Assembly (NCBI RefSeq): GCF_001447785.1
Contig: NW_015175977.1
Location: forward strand, 966,984-1,030,983
Reading direction: 5' to 3'
Length of the DNA stretch: 64,000 bases
From: Gekko japonicus
Lineage: Eukaryota
The notes beneath the pieces are model-generated. The model ran no database searches. It worked only from the letters and a program-made list of their open reading frames with translations, and was not told where the DNA came from. The translations under genes were made by a program, and so were the position numbers. Below are positions 1-12,658 of the stretch, piece by piece. Within the stretch, counting starts at the first letter, position 1. Each line of letters starts with the position of its first letter.

Positions 1-849
1 TGTATTTCTGCGGCTGCTCAAAATCCTTCTCCCATGTAGATAAATTTAAACACACATAAAAGTGTGTGTGTGTGCACGCATACTATGTGCATGTTTTTCT
101 CTGTGAAGTGGCAGTGAGCATTCCTCTCCCTCCATTACCTTGCTGTTGCAAACTCTCAAACATAATTCCTGCCAAAGTTATTTGGAAAGTAGCCAGAAAT
201 TTAAAGATGACGGCCAGCACCAAAATGTATCAAAGAACCCTTGGCATGAATTACATTTGACACACTTGAAGAATCTCTGACAGGAACATTTGACCACCAC
301 CTGTTTATTCCCCACTGAACAGTTTGTATAGTTTTTCTTACTGTTAGAGCCTTATTCTCCTTATGAAATGTGGATTCATGGTAAGCCTTTATTTGCCTTC
401 CGGGGGCGTCTTTGTATAGGGCAGCCTCTGCTGAGCAGTTGCCTGGAACCATGGAAGTGAAGAGCCCCCTGGCCCAGATGGTGTGATCCCTAATGCCCCT
501 TTCCTGAGGCTCCCCCAGCATTCAAGAGACCAGCATGCAGAGGCGGATTGTAAATCACAATAGTGAGCAAGCGGTGCACTTGCACTAAGAGAGGAACTGG
601 TCTGTTGCCAGGGCAGGGGGCTGTAGCTCTCATTCGTAGGAGCACATGAATTCTGAAACCATGACAATTCACACATTTCCCCTTGTGACATGTGCATACG
701 ACCTATGCATCTTGGGCAACCATTTCCCGTGGTTAAACCAGAGACTTGCCACTTCAGGGGTGTACCAGAAGAATGAAAGTGTTTCACCCTCCCCTCCTTG
801 AAGTGCTTTCTGTAATAAATAAATAACATGTGCCCTTACTTGTCTTGGA

Positions 850-1000
850 TATAAATGTCTGTAAATGCAGCCTTGGCATTTACCTCTTGCTCCGCAGCAT
901 CGCACCCTTGACTCATGTTCAGTCTGTTATCTGCTCTAATCCCCAAGTCCTTCTTGACTAGGACAACTAACTGGCCCATTTTATACTTGTTAGTTTGATT
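850..1000 (-). mobile_element. Old CR1 LINE reverse transcriptase fragment
   Basis: ORF 836..1021(-) contains KKDLGIRADNRLNMSQGCDAAEQEVNA, resembling the CR1 ORF2 motif EKDLGVLVDxKLNMSQQCxxAAKKAN. Confidence 0.7.
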
Positions 1001-1425
1001 CTCCTTTCTGATGCGTAGCATGTTAGACAGTTTAATTGAATTAGCCTTCTATTTTCATTAGCCTATTTTCTGTGAATAAAATCAAAGAGCAGGCTGGTGT
1101 AGTCAAAGCAACAGGCACCAAAAATTATTGTGACATCAGCATTCCGTACGGGATCTGCAGGAGGCCCCACTTTGTATAAAGAAACCACAATTAATATGCA
1201 TGCAGTCGCACAGGTAACTTTAGTCGAGGGCAGCACAGATTGAAGTTTGTGAATCTTGTATTTTGAAAAACCTTGCTAGGCAAGGAGTGATTATGGGAAA
1301 CAAAGTAAGCATATGAATACTAAGGGTGATGTGAACAAGGAAAATTAGATGCAAAAGGCAGAGAAAAAAGGGAATAGGAATATAAAGGTAACTTTAAATG
1401 ACTCAGTACTTTGTGTTTGAGGACA

Positions 1426-1528
1426 AGAAGAAGAAGAGGAGGAGGAGGAGATTGGATTTATACCCCGCCCTTCACTACCCAAAGGAGACTCAGAGTGGCT
1501 TACAGACTCCTTTCCCTTCCCCTCCCCA
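1426..1528 (-). mobile_element. 3' end of Squam3-like (Ther1/MIR-derived) SINE
   Basis: (GAA/GAG)n tail plus GGATTTATACCCCGCCCTTCACTACCCAAAGGAGACTCAGAGTGGCTTACA, shared with the copies at 28314, 34963 and 44629. Confidence 0.7.
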
Positions 1529-4164
1529 GGTTAACTGCTATCTTATTCTCACAGTAGTTGCTTCTCCCTAGCAACTTGCCGTAGTTTTACTATAAGGTAA
1601 CTTTGAGCCACTAACCCCCTCTCAGCCTAATCTACTTCACAAGATTATTTTGAGGATAAAATGGAGGCAGGGAGTATACCACCCTGAGTTCCTTGAAGGA
1701 CTGGCAGGATAGAAACGTACATAATAAATCTCCACTATGCTTCCTCACTTAAATGATCCTGGGAGATCCCACACTCTCTAGCACCGATAAAGAATCTCCA
1801 CACAATGTAAACACATGTGGCCCTTTAGTAGGTACCGACATGGGCCAGTCTTGCCCAGTATCATCTACTCCGTCTGACAATGGGTCTTCAACTTATTCTT
1901 TATTTGGAGATGCCAGGAGCTGAATCTAGAATCTGCTGCCTGCTAAGCATTTCCTCTGCTACGGAACTGTGGCCCTTGCTGTGTAACAGGAGTCATGGCA
2001 TTGCAGTAGGACTAGGAATGTCTGAACCTACACATTTTGCATTCTTTTGGAGTCCTTTAATGCCCACTGGCTTCTTTTTTCAAAAATATGAATGCGGGTG
2101 ATTCTTTTATATTTGTATGATGTTTGTTTATTTTTTTTAAGTTTAAAATGGCTGGTTTAAGACTTTTTAAAATTGATTACAATGGATTCTGTGATGTGAA
2201 GTGTTAAAAATGTACTTTCTGCTTCCTAGAGCAGTGAATGGGCTGGCAGTATTCTGTATTGTTTTGGTTCCCCTCCCTATGACAAAGTGGAAGAACGAAT
2301 TGTAAAAAAGGATCCTTCCTGTCCTGAAATTAGAGGACTAAGTGCCGGTGGATATTATTGCGAATTGAATCTCCCCTACCTGCCCACAATGAGCCTTGCT
2401 TGCTGCTCTTCTCTTTTTATTTGAAATTAACCCATTTATTTTTAAGCACCAAAAGTTTCTTAATTGATCAATGAGATCTGATTAAATTGATCTCAATTTA
2501 ACGTTAATCAGCTGTTACAACTGTCAAACAATTTTTCACATATACACACAAACACACACAGGTAGGTGATACATAGAACTGAACAAAACTGTATAGTATT
2601 TGTACCTGTGTGTTTGACTTGACTTTGCAGCTCTCTCTGCATCTATTTCAATCCTGAAACATACTTAGGGAAGCTGATGGGAAGATATCTCTGTCTTTCT
2701 GTGTTCTGTCATTTGAATCAGACCTGTTCAACTTGTACCCATCGAGCTGAATGCATTCAGTGTGTGTTTGTGTGACCAATATCAGCGCTAATCTCTGTGC
2801 TAGCAAAATTAATATTGAGCTAAAGTAAAAGCTTTTTATTCTCCGCCTCTTCCAATGGAGAAGGGTGTAAGCTTTACTTGCACTTCCAAAATATAGGACA
2901 TTTTGCCCATTTGTGAATTTTTTCTTACATCCAGACATTTGGGCAGATGCTTGTCTACTTGCTGCAAGGACAGCACCAGTATTTCATCAGCTCAGTTAAG
3001 GAAAACAGTGTGTGCTTAATACTGCAAAAAATGAAATGAACCCACTGATTTCCATAGAACGTAAATGCAATTAATTTTGTTTGGCTACTGGGACCAACTA
3101 CCAGACATACCACTCAATAATAACTGAAGATCCTGGTTTTAAGTGTGTTAAATCTTGTTCATTGCAACGAGGGGGTGGGGGGGAGAAGGTCTAACTTGCA
3201 CTGTGAATTTGGCTACAAAACTGTATCACACATCTATTATGAAGTACTGCAATTTGACTTTTATGGGAATTCCCAGGAGCTGATGTGCTGTGGCTTGCCG
3301 TCCAAGCACCACAGCTGTAACGCTTGAACCGCTTGCTGATGATTCGATAAAGGGTCGAGGAGCATGTGGCAAAGTGAGGCAGAAATCAAAGTTTACATTG
3401 GCCCCAGTTCCTTTGCATATGTGTGTATGTTTGCCAGAGTAAAAGGTTTATTTCCCAATTTATAACCTCAGAGGGAAGGCTGAAGGTTAAGTCCAGCCAT
3501 AAGTTTTCTGTGAGATTGTAAGATCATGGGACACTATTTCACATGGGGGCTATTTCACACACCAAACCTTCCACAGAAAATTGAGATGGTGCAGTCGTCT
3601 GTGAGAACTATACTGCTTCAGCCACTGGACATCGGAATGCAGGCCAGGCTTGCCAGTTTCCTGATGGGGGTGGGGGATCTCCCACCCCAGCTCCCATTGC
3701 CTGCACTGCTCAGCTGGGCGATGGGAGGAAATGGGGGGGGTGATGACATTGCTTCCAGCATCACTCCAGGAGCAATGCTCTAGCATTCACCCCAAATCTC
3801 TATGGTTTAGCTATATGGATCCAAGCCTTTAGCTCCAATATGGAAGTAATTCAGTTATCTTTTCTCCATGCACTGTCTCGCACTCCCCCGATGTGTGACT
3901 GCATCAGTTCTCTGCCTTGAATGTGGTACAAAACAGCAAGCCACACTTCTCTGGTTTGCTACCATAACATTTAAACTGTTCTTGCACCTTTCCCACTCTC
4001 TCCCTCCTCTCTCGGTTTGGCTGTGCTGTGTCTTCTTCAGCAGTGCTTGGAGCCAGCTTGTGGACTCCAGGATTGTGCAGTTAGGCTTCTCCGTTTCAGG
4101 TTTGATTGAGTTCGGGCTAAGCAGCACTGGTAATTTGGTTTCAGAAACAGCACCAGTTACTTGA

Positions 4165-4597
4165 CTGGGGACATCGTCTGTCCTATGCCATACGGATCTG
4201 CTTCCCACTGCATTTGGGCTTTATGCCCTCCTCACCCTTTGCTATGGAAAAGTATTTACAGTCCTTCGCAATCCCCTCATATCATTGCCTTTTTTCCCCT
4301 TGGCTGAGGCAGCGGGCATCTATTAGCTGGCCATGCTGCTGCTGCTGCTGCTGCATGAGATCACTAGGCTTGGCACCGGGCCATTCACTCCGGCTGTAGG
4401 AATCGAACTAACGTACTGCGCTGCCCACTCTAAATGTTGTAAATGTTTCAGATTGTTTTATTGTACTGCTTTATATGGTTAATTATTAACGCTCAACTTA
4501 TTTCTAAGATTGTATTGTGTCTGTTGTTGTGAGCCACCCTGAGCCCGCTTGCAGGAAGAGCGGGATATAAATCAAAATAATACATCAATAAATAAAA
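4165..4597 (+). mobile_element. L2-type LINE 3' end
   Basis: Ends GTGAGCCACCCTGAGCCCGC...GCGGGATATAAAT...AATAAATAAA, a squamate L2-type tail also seen at about 59150-59215; 5' boundary approximate. Confidence 0.5.
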
Positions 4598-5116
4598 TGC
4601 ACTACCGATTGTAGGTCTGGACGGTAGATTGACCAATTTTCCATGCAGATAAAGGATGTGCCCATGTGGGTCTCGGGTGCCCAAAACCCCGGTACATTTT
4701 TTCTTTCCATGCAATCTCTATGGCAGTTTCAGAGCCTCTTTGATAACCCCCTTTCTTGCCACAATGCGTTAGATGATTAGTTAATCTCCCATCTGGAAAC
4801 TGTAATACTCTCACTGTTGCTAAATACATACCAATAGCTCTAAAAATCAGCCTTGGAATAACCAGGAAGTAAGCTTGATGACTGGCTTGGAGTCCTGATG
4901 GGTTTGAATCTATGCTACTTTGTAAAACTTGTATATTTCTCTTTCCTTTCATTTTTTTTTAGATGTTGGGTCCCTTGTTCTTAAGAATTTTAACCTGATC
5001 TTTCTTATGCTGTCTAAAACCTAATGTCCTTTATAAACTCTTTGAATAAACGGAATGGACTGTGACCGCTACACTGCACTGATGCTTCTGCACTTGTATT
5101 TTCTCTTTTCCTACAG

Positions 5117-5300
5117 GCATCTACACATTTCTTTCCAGCAGCTTAAGATCGTTGGAAGAAAAAGACCACATTCATCGTGTGCTAGATAAAATCACAGACA
5201 CCTTGACCCATTTGATGGCCAAGTCAGGCCTCTCTCTGCAGCAACAGCATAGACGATTGGCTCAGCTTCTCCTCATCCTTTCCCACTTTAGGCACATGAG
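5117..5300 (+). CDS. ESR1: Estrogen receptor alpha, penultimate coding exon (ligand-binding domain helices 9-11)
   Basis: Acceptor ttttcctacag, donor gtaagg, 184 bp. Translates (G)[60 protein letters not shown](S), matching ERalpha; phase-2 end joins the next exon. Confidence 0.98.
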
Positions 5301-6849
5301 GTAAGGAAATACACAGGAAATGACTGGGAAGTGCTGTGCACTTTACAAGGAAGGTTTCACAGAATGTTGCAACGGACATCAAATCGTGACATTCACCCGT
5401 TTTTATGTGTGATAATCGCTGAAGAGTTTTGTGAATATCTGAAATGCACTGGTGAACCTTGACAGTAACTTTAACTGTGAGCACTGGGGAAGAGGTGTGG
5501 CTGAGCAGAAGTTGTTAGGAAGGACCTTGATATGCTTCAGGCCTTGGAAAGCTGCTGCCAGCCATAGTGGATAATACAGAGGTGGTGGTCTGAGGTGTAA
5601 GGCAGATTCATATGTCTGAAGAGTGAGGGGCCTTTACACCATTCACCTGAGATTGTCAATATTCACAGATATATTCATCAAATTTTTATGTGGAGGGCCA
5701 GATCTATTCTGTATCTTCCTCAGTAGCTGATGAATATGAAAATTCAGAGAGATTCACCAACTGGCAGTGTCATCTGGTCCGTTTCTGCAATCTCTAATCT
5801 TCCCGTTTCTGCTTTTTTTATGTTTCATTATGGTTCTTAGGAGACTGAGGAAAGAATCCAACATGGTTATCTGTTTGTTTAATCATTCTGTGCAGTGTCC
5901 AAAAGTATTTTAAATGCCTTATAAAAAATGGAATGGCATTATAAAATGCTACAGAGTTTAGCTATACTGGCACTGATAGATAAAGTAGGGCAACTGGATG
6001 TGAGAGTTGCAGGCAGTCCAGCCAAGATCTGCAAACAAACTAAGTTGTCCACCACAAACACAAACAGCTGCCATACACATTTGAGTCACAGGGCCCAGTT
6101 TGGTGTTCCTGTTCATGCATAAGCACACAATTGACTTGTACTTTTTGTTACTAGGATGTGGCAGCTTCTCTTTGCAGGCCACAGTGTGGAGTATATGGGC
6201 TGTGATGGATTTAATGGCCCACAGGTTTTACAGGCCTGCTTGAAACTGGGCACTCAGCATGGGCCAGTTGTTCAGTAATACTAACATTTACAAAACTGAC
6301 TTTTATTTCTCCATGCTTATTTATTTTTATTACTTTTTCATCTTCCCCTTAATCCAGGGAGTTCAGAATGACACATGTTGTTTTCCCTTCCTGCATTTTT
6401 CCATCACAATAATTTTATGGAAAACTTTGAAAATAAACGGTTTAAAAAAACCCAATAATCCTGTGAGGTGTGTGAGACTGAGAGAGAATGGTTAGCCCAA
6501 AGTCACCCAGTGAGTTTTGTGGCAGAGGGGGGATTTAAACCTTGGGTTTCTCCAGGCTGAGCCCAGTGGTCTAACTCCTACACCCAGTGGCTCTTCCCTA
6601 CTGCTTTGTTGCCTTTACTTATTTATTTCAGGCATTGGTATTTTGGTCTCAGGAGCTATGCCTTGGAGTGTACACGTTACTGTACATCTTCACTGTCACA
6701 GCACAATTCAGATTTCTTCTGGGTATGTGAACAGCACATCCAAAACAAAAGTTTTGAAATTGTGCTAATATTTTAAAATAGAGGCAGGGAAGGAGAACGC
6801 AAAAGAAAACTGGGTCTTACAAGTCAACATTGGGACTTTTCAAGTCACA

Positions 6850-7190
6850 AAGATCCACATAGGGGATCCCCCAGTTTTTGGGGCTTCTGCCTACCACCGG
6901 CCAACTAGCTGGCAGGGGAAAGCCTGCCCCCAAACAGCAACATCGCCGTGTGACATCTCCGATGCACTGACATCACAGAGAGGTAACATCATCGCACCGG
7001 GGACATCACATAGGCAAAACTCTGTGGTTTGATGCCAATTTTACCTTAGTGTTCTGCCCAAAAATGAGAGCATCACAACCCGATCTCCCCAATGCGATGA
7101 CGTCACTGCTGCATGACGTCAGCGCGTCATTCCGCTCCACTTCCTGAAAGTTCCCTCCCAGCCGCATGGACATTGGACCAGGCAACCCTA
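6850..7190. mobile_element. Non-autonomous hAT-type element fragment (TAGGGTTGCCA-TIR family)
   Basis: Ends GGCAACCCTA; internal GC-rich TGACGTCA-type motifs resemble the complete copy at 55428-55848. Confidence 0.6.
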
Positions 7191-7268
7191 CAAAGAACTC
7201 TAGACAGTTCTAAATACTGAGGACTGTCATGCAGAAATTGCACACATATATACATAGCAGTAAATTAT

Positions 7269-7427
7269 AGCCATGGCTCAGTGCTTGCAGAAAGCATGAG
7301 GTTCCATTCTGGGCATCTTCAGTTAAAAGGATTGGGTCTAGTAGGTGATATGAAAGACCTACTGCTTGTCTGAGTAGACCTTACTGGCCTTGCTGGACAA
7401 GTGGTCTGAGACAGCTTCATGTGTTCA
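7269..7427 (+). mobile_element. tRNA-derived SINE (Squam2-like)
   Basis: TGGCTCAGTG head and GTAGGTGATATGAAAGACCT...TGAGTAGAC...AGCTTCATGTGTTCA tail, as in the copies at 23912 and 45127. Confidence 0.7.
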
Positions 7428-7573
7428 TATGTGCTGCCCTTTTCACGGCATCCCAAAGTGAGTCCCTGAGGCAGACTGCTTCACTATGTTTAGTGGCAGG
7501 GTCAGTCCTAGGACTAGGATTTCTCTGTGCAATGATATCTAATGTTGGTGTTTTTTTTAATGTGACTCTACAG

Positions 7574-7808
7574 CAATAAGGGAATGGAGCACCTGTACAA
7601 CATGAAGTGCAAGAATGTGGTCCCTCTGTATGATTTATTGCTAGAGATGCTAGATGCCCACCGTCTGCATGCCCGTGCCACACGGAGCACACCCCAGGGA
7701 GAAGAAGAGTCTATGAACCAAGTGGCAACTACATCCACTTCAACGCATTCCTTGCAGCCCTGCTATGTGAACAAAATGGAAGATGAGAATGAGCAACAAG
7801 CAATATGA
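7574..7808 (+). CDS. ESR1: Estrogen receptor alpha, last coding exon (helix 11-12/AF-2 and F domain)
   Basis: Acceptor gactctacag. Reads (S)[37 protein letters not shown]...EQQAI*, with TGA at 7806-7808. Confidence 0.98.
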
Positions 7809-10258
7809 GAGGCCCCATTTCAAACAGCCTATAGGTTTCTGAGAATCCCATCAGAAAGCTACCTACTTCGGGCTTAGCTGAACTGGTACCATGTGTGTAA
7901 GCACTCCAATGCTCACCAATCACCAGTGATCCCCAAAGCATTGCTTACTGAGATCCTTAGCGGAAGAACTTTTATCTTTCTGGATATACTATAAGGATGG
8001 TGACATTTGGTAAACCCACTCAAGAGGATTTCGGTAGCAGAATGAGAATTTGGGTACCAGTGACCATTTCCTTTCACTCATCTGGGCAAGGATCCCAGCT
8101 GGGTTTTGAGTAGGTGATGTTTACATGTAAAGTTTATTGGCTGATGGTGAACCTCAAGAATTCTACACCAAATTAACTAAAGAAAATGCTGTTGAAAATC
8201 TTCATCTTTCAGGACTCCACCCTCTACCCAAATATTTAGCATTTCCTTCTGGGTTTTTCTTCATTTACAAATTGACTCAAAATACAGTTAGATGAATTTT
8301 ATCTGGTTAGAAAAACTGTTTATGACAGCTAGAAGTTCTGGTTCCAGCCAGAAATCCCTCAGATAACTTTACGGGAATAACAAATGGGTATTAGGTTGCA
8401 GTAGCACCACCAATTCCTTGTCTTAGCATTACAGAGCTTATCCTAGTCAAGATGGAGGAGGTAGTTTTATGCTTACATGAGGAATTCTCTGTTAGAACGG
8501 ATCTGGCTCTTTACGTCATCTGAACAAAACAAATGGATATATTAACTATCACAGTCTGGTCCAAATGAAAGGATTTCAATATAAGACAGCCATTCCTGTA
8601 GTTGTCTAGGAATTACCTCTGCACTGACCATTCAAGGAGATAATAGCCAGTGACTGGGATTTTAGTACAGAACAATTGCATATCACCCTGAATACCTTAG
8701 GATGGAAATAAATCATATATATAAACTAATAGATATAGACCAGCTCATACACTACCTGAGAGACGAATGTGGTGTTTTCCTGTGGCTACATCCCAAGACC
8801 AGGGGCATAAACATGGGTGTGTGGGAGGGGGAGGGGGGAGATCACGTAAGACATTCTCACATCAGGGTGACTGGCCCTAAGGGAGGTATTTGCTCCTGTG
8901 ATTCACCCCTTAACTTGGTTTTGCCATTCAGATTGGCAGTAGAGCAGCATGGGGTGCAATCGTAGGAAAGGTGCAGAATTCCTCCTTGGGCGTGGTATGA
9001 ACTGGGCTTTTTAAAAAGAAAGATAACGTCCTAATTATTGTCCTGCTTCAGGCATTGTAGGTCTGTTTAATTCTGTCAATGCTGCACAGGTGGAAAATAG
9101 TTTGGACTCTTCGGTAACATGAGCGATGCCCCCGGTCCGTATTGTGTGTTCCTTCTGTACAAAAAGCAACTGAACTCTGTTAAGAAACCACTTGCAGATA
9201 GGAGGAGCAAAGACAGCTTGTGTTGCGCACTGCACCAGAGGTCAAAGTCTGCTGTTTGCTCACACACAAACGGTCCCTAACCAGCGGGGCCCAGCACACA
9301 TGGAGGGGGGCAGAAAGGACTGCAATCTGCGGGTGACCTTTGGCTGTTTCCCTTATATAGTGGCCCTCCCCTTTGCCCAGAACTTACAAAAACCAGTAAA
9401 GCACTAATGTTGTGAATAGTTTTCATCTCGTCTTAATTTAACTATGCTCTCACCATTGCCTCTATCTCAAGCTTCGTTTCCAGTGGCCTTGCTTTTTATT
9501 AATGCAGCAAAGTATTTGTCTTTCTGTGCATTCAATATGTAAAAAAAAAGTTCTGCTCTGAAATTACCCAAAAACCATTGGGGGCTACTAAGTGCCTTGT
9601 CTAAATTTGCCACATATTTATTTTCAAGAGCTCATGTTGTGGTTTATTTCTGTGTTAGTGATACACCCGTGTTTATTGCATCACATAAGCAAGAAGTAAA
9701 CATTTATATGGGGCCCACAATTAACATAAGAACCCAGTACTGTCCATTTGTATCATAGTGCTTATAACACCAGATACATTTCAGTGCCCAGTTTTTACAG
9801 TGGGATACTTTTAGCTGTTGCCCCATATTCCCCCCCTTATGAACAGAACTATGCTGCATGAGCTTCCCCATTCTCTTTCATGGAACTGGTAACTCTGTTG
9901 AAGGGAATCAGAGGGTTAAATACCTGGTAGCAGTTCTTCTGTTAAAGGGACAGGGGAAGCATTTTCAGGCACAAGAACTCCCCGTGTTCCTTGGATACCC
10001 ACAAAGCTCTGGTTTGGGGGGCAGTGCATACAGCAGAAATAAGCTGTCATTGATCAACATACCTAGCAACTGCCGTAGTTCTCCCAAACAATAGCCCGAA
10101 TTATTTAAACAGATCTGATTTGGGTAATTTACAAAGCATTAATTTTAACAGACTCACTAAAACCATTGACATGTGAAATAACACAGGCAACTCTAAGGGG
10201 GGGGGGGGGGGGGGTTTTAAAAAAAATTGAAAGCATCATTTTATCATTATTATTGAAA

Positions 10259-10266
10259 GCACCTTA
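10259..10266 (+). promoter_or_regulatory. miR-18 8mer seed site (GCACCTTA) in ESR1 3' UTR
   Basis: Exact complement of miR-18a nt 2-8 plus A1; miR-18a is a known ESR1 regulator. Confidence 0.7.
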
Positions 10267-10563
10267 AATAATGTGTATGCTTGTATGCCTATAAATACAT
10301 ACATGCGAAGCTCACCTGTCAGACAACTGAATGTATCTGTTCTATTTACCCAGTCAACAGACTAGAACACAAAGTCACATTTCATCTTTATATTTTTCAG
10401 CTACTTCTCTCGTATGCAATCATTTGTGCCTAAGGCTTAGCCATTGTTAGGACCTCCTATTTCATATAGATTTTTATACCGATGATACTCAAGCCAGCGC
10501 TAACTTAGAAAGCCAAGTACCGAATACAAGGAAACTATCCTTTAACAAAGGAAGGACATTTGA

Positions 10564-10571
10564 GGCAGCTA
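10564..10571 (+). promoter_or_regulatory. miR-22 8mer seed site (GGCAGCTA) in ESR1 3' UTR
   Basis: Exact complement of miR-22-3p nt 2-8 plus A1, in a mammal-like context; miR-22 is a known ESR1 regulator. Confidence 0.7.
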
Positions 10572-11759
10572 ATTATGCTTTTAACCAAAATATTAGTGAT
10601 ATTGTCCATGAATAGTATCTAAGGGGACAAGGGTGGTTCTTTTTAGATGTTTATACTTAAATTTAAGACAACTAGAAAAACACCATAGAAGTATAGGTAA
10701 TGAAATACGACTATGCGCCAAATCAGAATAGATCTGATTAACTTGCCTTACCTAATGCCAGTAAAGAGACTTACTGTAGAGAACAAGAAGGGATGCAGAG
10801 TGGAAGTCCTTTCCTACTCTTTTGGGGATAAGTCTTATGATCCTCACTAGATAACAAAGCCATTCTTGTAGTTAGTGTGCCTTTGCGCACCCTTGCTCAG
10901 GCAAACCTACCCTTGTGGACAGTCACCATCCGTCGGTTATCCTCTACTGCGTGGCAGGGAAATGCTTTTCTGTAGGCCCAGCCCACCACTGTATGCTGCT
11001 AAACACATAAGACAAGGGCAGACCTGCTGCTCTGCCCTTCTGCATGATCATGGACTAAGTGCAGGGATCTGTGTGGAGCAGAACAGCCACCGTTCACTGC
11101 AGTGCAACCCACACATTGCCCCTTCCAGACTGGCAGGCCACGTTTGAATGCGAAGGTAGGTTTGCATTTGCAGCTTACTGCAGGGATAAATGCTCATCCA
11201 CACCAACACATCGTGTAGTAGTGATTGCACACAGCACTCTTCTGTGTGTGGGCATCTCCGGAATGAAACAGTTATGGAACAGCAACAATTACAGTTGCAG
11301 CTCCCTGACCCTGCAGTGCATGAAGGCTTTTGCCATTGCACAGCTGATTAAAGGATTAGTTGGGTCTCAAAACATTTCAGACGAGGATAGCTCCATTTAT
11401 GTATAAAGCACCTTTTTTTCCTTAACATGTCGCTAACATTCCAGGCCAAGAAACAGTGCTATTTGCCTGAGTTTCCTAGACAATTTCCATTAACCAGTAA
11501 AAAGTTCTCTTCCTGCATGTAATTATAGACCCAGTCTTGCTCCACTGAAAATCAGCTGGCCCCTACGATATACAACTGGTCTAAACAAATCCAGAGACAG
11601 AGCCCTGTTAGACTGCTGCAGCCGGGATGACAAATTTGTTGTGGCATACATTCTGGTGAGGCAGAACCAACCTCTTCAGATGATTGCAGAACAAACAGCT
11701 CTTAATCGGATGCAAATTCCTCTAACATTCTAAACAGTTTGCTGTTCTGAGGTAAAATG

Positions 11760-12495
11760 TGTCCAATCTCCAGGTGAGGGCTGGAGATCACTCAGAATTA
11801 CAACTGCTTTCCAGATAACAGAGATCAGTTCCCCTGGAGAAAGTGGTGGACTCTGTATCCTTATATGCTGTTGAGGTAGCCCCCGTATGACAGCCAATGT
11901 GACGTAGCAGTCAGGGCTTCAGAGCACGGGAGAGACTGCAGGTGTGTGGGGGGTGGAAAGCTGAAGAGTAAGGGGGAAATAAAGGTAGATTGATGATTGG
12001 CTAGGAAGGAGATAGGGTTGCCAACTCCAGGTGGGAAATTCCTGGAGATGTGAGGGATGGAGCCTGGAGAGGGTGAGGTTTCAGGAGGTGTGGGACATCA
12101 GACAGGTACAAAGCCATAGACTCCACCCTCCAAACCAACCATTCCCTTCTGGGAAACCATCGTTGCCAATCTCCAGGTCTGGAGATCACTCAAAATTACA
12201 ACTGCTCTTTAGGTAGCAGAGACCAGTTCCTCTGGAGAAAATGGTGGACTCAGTGTCATTATACCCTGCTGAGGTCGCCACAGCAAATTGACACTGAGTG
12301 TCCAAGGCTGGGGCACCCGCCCAGAGCCTCTTTCTAGAGATCGTTGTATTTATTTCCACAATGGGCCTTTTTCCTAGTAAGTCCATAAAGTCCACCCTCT
12401 AAAGCGGCCGTTTCCTCCAGGGGAACTGATCTCTGTAGTCTGGAGATCAATCATAATTCTGGGTGATCTCTCGGCCTCACCTGGAGGCTAACACT
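11760..12495. mobile_element. Cluster of hAT-derived short repeats in both orientations
   Basis: Repeated CTCCAGG..CTGGAGATCACTC..AATTACAACTGCT...CAGTTCC.CTGGAGAAA at about 11768 and 12171, its reverse complement at about 12390-12490, and TAGGGTTGCCA at 12014. Confidence 0.7.
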
Positions 12496-12658
12496 CCCAC
12501 TGTATCCTGTTCTTCACTAATCTATCACAGTATAATGCGAGCCAATATTAACAGAACTAAGTGTGTGACAACAAAGTGGCAATTCAAACCCAGGTCTCCC
12601 AGCTCCTCCTTCAGCCACAGCACCCCACTGGCTCTCTCACACTGTACTGCACCCTTAG

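Larger units (their letters stand above)
7809..11520 (+). other. ESR1: ESR1 3' UTR (distal end not determined)
   Basis: Largely repeat-free sequence after the stop. The 10250-10665 block resembles my recollection of the mammalian ESR1 3' UTR (AAGCACCTTA; GGCAGCTAATT.TGCTTTT; GGTTCTTTTTA.ATGTTTATACTTA). Confidence 0.75.
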
